Positions 57,106 to 64,000 of a stretch of DNA of 64,000 nt are shown here, piece after piece (the stretch's first letter is position 1; every line of letters begins with the position of its first letter). The position numbers and the translations under genes were made by a program. The notes beneath the pieces are model-generated. The model did not search any database, was not told the DNA's origin, and saw only the letters and a list, made by a program, of their open reading frames with translations. Source of the DNA: Eledone cirrhosa (taxonomy: Eukaryota); NCBI GenBank assembly GCA_964016885.1, contig OZ024741.1, positions 53,072,001-53,136,000 on the forward strand, written 5' to 3'.

Positions 57106-57937
57106 CACACACAGAAATGTATATATATTTCTGTGTCTGTATATATATATATATATATTACACACACAGAAATGTATATATATTTCTGTGTGTGTATATA
57201 TATATATATATTACACACACAGAAATGTATATATATTTCTTAGAACAAAATTATTATTAATGTTTTGCTGTTCATAACATATGGAATTGAAAAATTACTT
57301 TTGAAATTATTAGTTATTTTACTAATGCTTAGATATGTAAAAATGAAGCAATGTTTCTAATAATTGTTTCTACTTTTGGCACAAGGCCAGCTATTACCCA
57401 GTACATTACTGGTACTTTATTTTATCGACCCCGTGAGGATGAAAGGCAAAGTTAACCTCGGCGGTATTTGAACTCAGATCGTAAAGGGACGTAACTCCAT
57501 GCTATGAAGCATGGTGTCCGACTCTCTACAGATTCTGCCAATCTACCGCCCTAATGTCTGTATGTAATGAGGGAGTGAGAGGGGAGAGAAAGAAAGGCAG
57601 AGGTGAAGTGACGAAGTGACTCTCTCCTCCTCCTTCTCCATCTCCCCATTTGTCACAGCGATAGAGGGGAGGAATGTTAGTGAGTTACAAAGGGAAAGAG
57701 TGAGAGTGAGAGAAACAGACAGACTAAATGAGAGGGATAGCTGGAGAGAGAGAGAGAGAGAGCAACAGATACAGTACATTAGGTAAGGGATGTATATATA
57801 TTTCTGTGTGTATATATACATTTCTGTGTGTGTAATATATATATATTTATACACACAGAAATATATATACATTTCTGTGTGTGTAATATATATATATATA
57901 TATATATATTACACACACAGAAATGTATATATATTTC

Positions 57938-57984
<47 letters not shown>

Positions 57985-58300
57985 CACACAGAAATGTATA
58001 TATATTTCTCTGTGTATATATATATTACACACACAGAAATGTATATATATTTCTCTGTGTATATATATATATTTCTGTGTGTGTATATATATATTACACA
58101 CACACTCAAATGTATATATGTTTCTGTAGCACTCCTCAATTCCCCCCTCTCTCCCTCCCGCTATCCCCCTCTTATAGTCTGTCTCTTTCTTTCACTCTCA
58201 CTCTCTCTCTACGCGTGCGCAAAAAACATTCGCACGCGCGCACGTGTTTCCACTGTCAGACAGACAGATAGAGAAATTGCTGGTTATATATTATAAGGAG

Positions 58301-58302
<2 letters not shown>
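56548..58302 (-). mobile_element. Helitron-like composite with internal palindromic minisatellite and SINE
   Basis: ACTAGCAG end at 56548; A|TCTCCTTATAATATATA...(TGTC)n start at ~58302. Confidence 0.45.
57360..57551 (-). mobile_element. SINE (4414 family)
   Basis: Full-length reverse copy. Confidence 0.88.
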
Positions 58303-58333
<31 letters not shown>

Positions 58334-58543
58334 ATCAAAATACAGAGGTATTTCACCTCACACTAACTTGAAAACTACCAGCCACTACTAGCTCCCAAAT
58401 AGCTTTCTCTACCAATAAATCAAAACAAGTACAAAGAGAGAGATAGACATATATATTTGAGATATTGATAGAAGTGGGAATAAGTACTCAATACCAAAGT
58501 AGAGTTTAAATATGGTTTTTATATATATGTATGTACATATATG

Positions 58544-58575
<32 letters not shown>

Positions 58576-58635
58576 TGTATGTATGTATAAACCTTTGTTT
58601 ATACTGCCTCTCTGTTTTTGTTCCCGTTCCAGTTT

Positions 58636-58678
<43 letters not shown>

Positions 58679-58747
58679 ATTAGAACCCTGTAACCATTAA
58701 GCTCTAAGTATAAAGTACAAATAAATACTGAGCCGATTAACAATATA

Positions 58748-59393
<646 letters not shown>

Positions 59394-59397
59394 TATT

Positions 59398-59430
<33 letters not shown>

Positions 59431-60040
59431 TTAGTCTTGAAATTTATTATTACTATATATATATAGATCTATATATATAATGTAGATCCCGAGTTAAATA
59501 GGGGTTAACCAGAGTTAAAAAATGAATTAATGCATTTGTAGCGGTAAAACATCATATTTAATATATAAATGACTTCTACAGAACTAAAACTGTTTCATTC
59601 TTGTGTGTGTTTGTGTGTTCCTTACGTTATTCAGTATGAATTTATTTAGCATTCCAAGCGTGACAATCAGACATTACATTATCATATTATACTAATAGAT
59701 GCTACAATGAGGCAGCTGCTTTTATAACAATTGAATACATTTCAATGTGATTTATTACATCCGTAATTTCATATCTCAGCTAGTCTTGAATCCGCAATAC
59801 CAGTTACCTAAGTATAATAGTTGTTCCTTTGGGTTGTGGAATCTATTACTCTACACATAATTTGAAATAGTTATGTCTTTGACAAATATCTTCCGAATGT
59901 TGTATCTATAATGGATGATCTTTCAAATTGTATTCCATAGTTCAGCAGTCAACTGTCATGTGAATAATATTAACGTTTTACATATAATAAAATGGGAATT
60001 TCCGTCCACGGATATATGGGTTATGTACGCTTCTCTCTCA

Positions 60041-60103
<63 letters not shown>

Positions 60104-60408
60104 AGTGTGTGTGTGTGTGTGTAGTTATATATATAATAGAAATGTGAAACTTTACGATTAACCGCTTATTTAGGACGTATCGCTTTGTTTGAAGTCTACT
60201 ACAATGCGATTTCGACGGCAAATGTTAAAAATACAACGATAACAATGATATTGTAATGTTATATTGTATTTCTTTAGGGGTCGTAACATTTCGGGATAAA
60301 ATGCATTCATCAAATGATTAATAGAAGAAACTAATACGGCGTTGTATATTTTTATTATCACATTTTAGTTGCTATTTTCTTTTTATATGTGTATGCATAC
60401 GTACATAT

Positions 60409-60750
60409 AATTATTGTTTCTACATTTGGCACAAGGCCAGCAATTACTCAGTACATTACTGGTACTTTATTTTATCGACCCCGTATGGATGAAAGGCAAA
60501 GTTAACCTCAGCGGGATTTGAACACAGATTGTAAAGGGACGTAACTATGGTAGAAAGCATGTCGTCCGACTCTCTATCTATACTCCCAATCCACCGCCCA
60601 TACGTGCATATGATAATGATTTCTACTTTAAGCACAAGGCCAATAATTATATGGATGGGAAGGTTGTTTAAATCGACCTTGGTATTTGATTAGTATTTTA
60701 TTTACCGGTCCCGAAAGAAGGAAAAGCAAAGTTGATATCGGCGCAATTTG
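60409..60750 (-). mobile_element. SINE with ~13-bp TSD (60396-60408 / 60599-60611) plus an older adjacent SINE
   Basis: 4414-family motifs; CATACGTRCATAT on both sides. Confidence 0.8.
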
Positions 60751-61907
60751 AGAGTTCAAATGTGTCAAGGCCGTTGTGAAATTTCTGTCGACCTGAGCTT
60801 ATGGTAAATGACACTTACCAAAGCTATCACATAGGGGCATCGTACCAAAGTTTTAAAGCGAACATCTTTACCAATCAGCCATAATGCGCCGACGAATAGC
60901 CGTTAACGATTAGTGTTTGTTTAATTCTTCCAATATACTTTTGTACAGCGTATTTATTATTTTGTAGATTAAAAGTTAAAGGTTCACCTCAGAAGGAATT
61001 CCATTAACATATGTGGATCAAGAAAGAGACTCTTGATTCTGTACTTATTTAAACATTTGTTTGTGTTCTTCATACATACTGGGATGCTACGTTAACTGGT
61101 TTTTTATACGTTGCTCTTTGTACATATATAAACGGGTGAAAACATTCTGCAAGAGATTTAGTGTAGTTGACCTCGTTTGGTTTTGAACTCGGAATATAAA
61201 GAGCCAAACCTAAAAACCACAACTAATTTGTCAATGTGTAGAAATATCATTATTGCCATCTTCTTCATCAACATCATCACCAGCATAATCACCATACGGA
61301 GTATCATCATCATTAGCATCATCAACAACAGTAGCTATCATCGTGCCATGATTAATTGCCTCGTTAGCAGCACTTGTCTGCAGGTGCAATCAATTAGGTA
61401 TTATTTTTCTAATTTTCGCGTCACTATTTTATACAGTAAACTAGCTGAATAGATCTCGGTGTTTGACCCATGACATGCTGAGGTCAGGTGCGTTATATTT
61501 TTGTTAGATATCAGATATTTAAGGCCATTGCATAATCTCGTGCGTCTCATCGTCTCCGATGATGATTGAATAGACACACACACAACACACACACAGACAC
61601 ATACACACACACACATATATATAGAGAGCTATATAAATGTGAGTACCTAGGTATGCATCTTTTATTTACAGAAATATATATCTACACGCACACACACTCA
61701 AACGCGCGCGCACACACACATAAAAATAAATGTCTATATACACAGAAATACACAAATATATATGAGAGTGTATATATATATATATATATTAGGAAAGGTA
61801 TATACACATACGCACAGTAATTCAAATCATAAGAATATGACTTAGATAATTGTTATAAATTGTTATAAATGAATTATACGTATACATACACACTCACACA
61901 CACACAC

Positions 61908-61948
<41 letters not shown>

Positions 61949-62009
61949 AATATGTGTGTTGTTATGTTAATATATGCATACATTTATTTGTCTATCTAGT
62001 GACGTCAAT

Positions 62010-62380
62010 TTACATTCTGCGTTCAAATCCCACCGAGGTTACCTTTGCCTTTCATATTCAACGGAGTCGACAAAATAAAGTACCAGTAATGCAATGGGGT
62101 CGAACGATTTTCCCTCCCACAAATGTTTGACCTTGTGCCTAAATCAGAAACTCTTGTGTCAGCCACGGGCGACGAATGGTCAGTATTGGTAGAACGTCAG
62201 GCAAGGCAACATGATATGCGGCCAATATTTACGCCCCTTTACGTACTGATTTCAAATCCTGCTGAGGTTAGATTTGCCATTCACCCTTAAGGGTTCGATA
62301 AAATAAATTACAAGTAACGCACTGGGGTCGATTTAATCAACTTTCCTCTCCCCGAAAATTGTTGACCTCGTACCTAAATC
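62010..62380 (+). mobile_element. Two diverged SINE copies
   Basis: GTTCAAATCC...TTTGCCTTTCA...AAAATAAAGTACCAG motifs twice. Confidence 0.75.
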
Positions 62381-62774
62381 ATACAGACACCCCCGTCTGT
62401 ATACATCATATAGCAAGAGCAGCGTGAAATAAAGTGTCTTGCAACGCATTACCTCCCGATTGCAATCCTCATGCTTCAACCGCTAAACCAAGCACCTTCC
62501 ACATCCATATACGTATATATTTATGTATCCATGTGTCGTTGTGTACATGCTTGTGAATTGTTGCATTCAAACTAATGATATCAATAGTAACCAATATTAA
62601 ATTAAGGAGTATGATATAAATACCCTCGAAAATTAATCATTAATTAAAGGATTAATGACAAATTTCTGCATGTTTCGATATGCTGATTTGATCAAAAGAA
62701 TGTGTGCGAATGTCAGCAGATCGAAGAAACCTTGTCCAGTTTGTCACAAATCTTAATATATATATCTATATATA

Positions 62775-63499
62775 TTAAGTTAGCATATAAAGAGTACGAA
62801 AATAGACCTAGAAGAAATAGATCCCGTCGCATTTGTTGGTATAACCCACCATATAATATGGAGGTGGTCACACCATTAGCTAAGATCTTTCTTTCCCTTA
62901 TTAAGAAGCATTTTCACCCTACACATAAATATAGTAAATTTTTTAATAGAAATACTATTAAAATTTCTTACTCTACGACTCCTAACCTTCCACATAACAT
63001 CACAGCTTCAAATTTAGCTAAACTACCTAGCCGTAGGAACACGTGCATCCCTGTAGTTAGTACTAACTGTAATTGTAGGAATCGGGTTGATTGCCACCTA
63101 TCCGGGAAATGCCTCTCTAGTAACAAATGTAAGGTTGTAACACCCACGTTCCGTAGGGCCTACATAGGGTTAACCGCCAATAGATTCTAGCAGCGTCTTT
63201 ACACGTATACCCATTCTTTTCGTTACCCTCTAAGAAGGCATATGACGTCACTTTCAGCTTATATCTGGAGTCTAAAAGACAACCACACCCAAAATAAGTT
63301 ACACTGGGAGATCCTAGCTAATGCTAGATCGTATAACGGAAATAAAAGACCATGTGACCTCTGCGCCGCTGAGGCCCTGGAAATACTCTACGCCACAGAC
63401 CACATCTTAAACAAAAGATCTGAGGCAATTTCGGCTTGTAAACATAAATTGCACAAAATTTTCCTGTATTACAGCCCCACGTTATACCCTAACGAATAG
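62775..63499 (+). pseudogene. 3' fragment of a second, diverged Naiad-type PLE (GIY-YIG)
   Basis: RRICWYNPPYN, KISYSTTPN, CNCRNRVDCHLSGKC (CxCx5Cx5C), AYIGLT, CDLC; stop at 63188. Confidence 0.88.
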
Positions 63500-64000
63500 T
63501 ACGCTCTATACGTGGATATTTTACGTCTTGATGCGGGAGCTAAGTGTATGTTTTATTTTACCATTACTTATTTGCATAGGTAAGTTTATATTACCCGTAT
63601 GTTTCGTGGAGGTACGTATACCTTCTCGTACGTATATTTGATTGTTTATGTTATGGTGTATAATTTTTTTTTTTTTTATTCTTGTACATATGGTTTGGCT
63701 ATGTGTATGAGGGAGTTTTGCGTCTGTGTGAGTATGCAGGTTCGTACGTATGTAGGGTGTGTGTATATGTGTATTTCATGTTTTGGTTGACTTACGTCTC
63801 CGAACATTCGCGTATTTACATGTAGGTATCTGTGAGCGCTTGTTATATACGTATTTATTTACTTATATACGTTTATTTAATTATTTATTTATTTGTACAC
63901 AAGCATACACACACACACATATTTATATGTGGGTGGTTTTGTATACCTATGGTAAATGTTTTGCGTATGCTTTTGTATGTACGTATTTGTTTGCGTGTAT

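Noticed and set aside
60160-60320. TTGATGA...GAAA on the minus strand as an HHR
   Set aside because: Stems I and II do not pair

Overview
Eukaryotic, AT-rich, apparently gene-free DNA saturated with (TA)n/(CA)n/(TACA)n microsatellites. The SINE and microsatellite content suggests an octopus or other cephalopod genome (inference). Nearly all ORFs in the track are microsatellite artefacts. Real coding signal comes only from decayed retroelements: R4/Dong-like RLE LINEs, Tx1/L1-, CR1- and RTE-like fragments, and Penelope-like elements (PLEs), including a near-complete Naiad-type PLE at ~50.0-55.1 kb. tRNA-derived SINEs and non-autonomous Helitron-like elements are also present. The most striking feature is more than 25 type I hammerhead ribozyme (HHR) motifs from about 10 unrelated sequence families, folded by eye. 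Most lie in short non-coding PLE pLTR-like units that fold back as inverted repeats, often with an HHR on each strand, and are embedded in (TA)n arrays. Several families carry recurrent non-canonical cores (U3-A8, U4A, U4C). A GTATTGAGTAC motif lies 38-41 nt 3' of the cleavage site in both the autonomous Naiad and an unrelated non-coding family. Coordinates were read by eye and may be off by a few bases.
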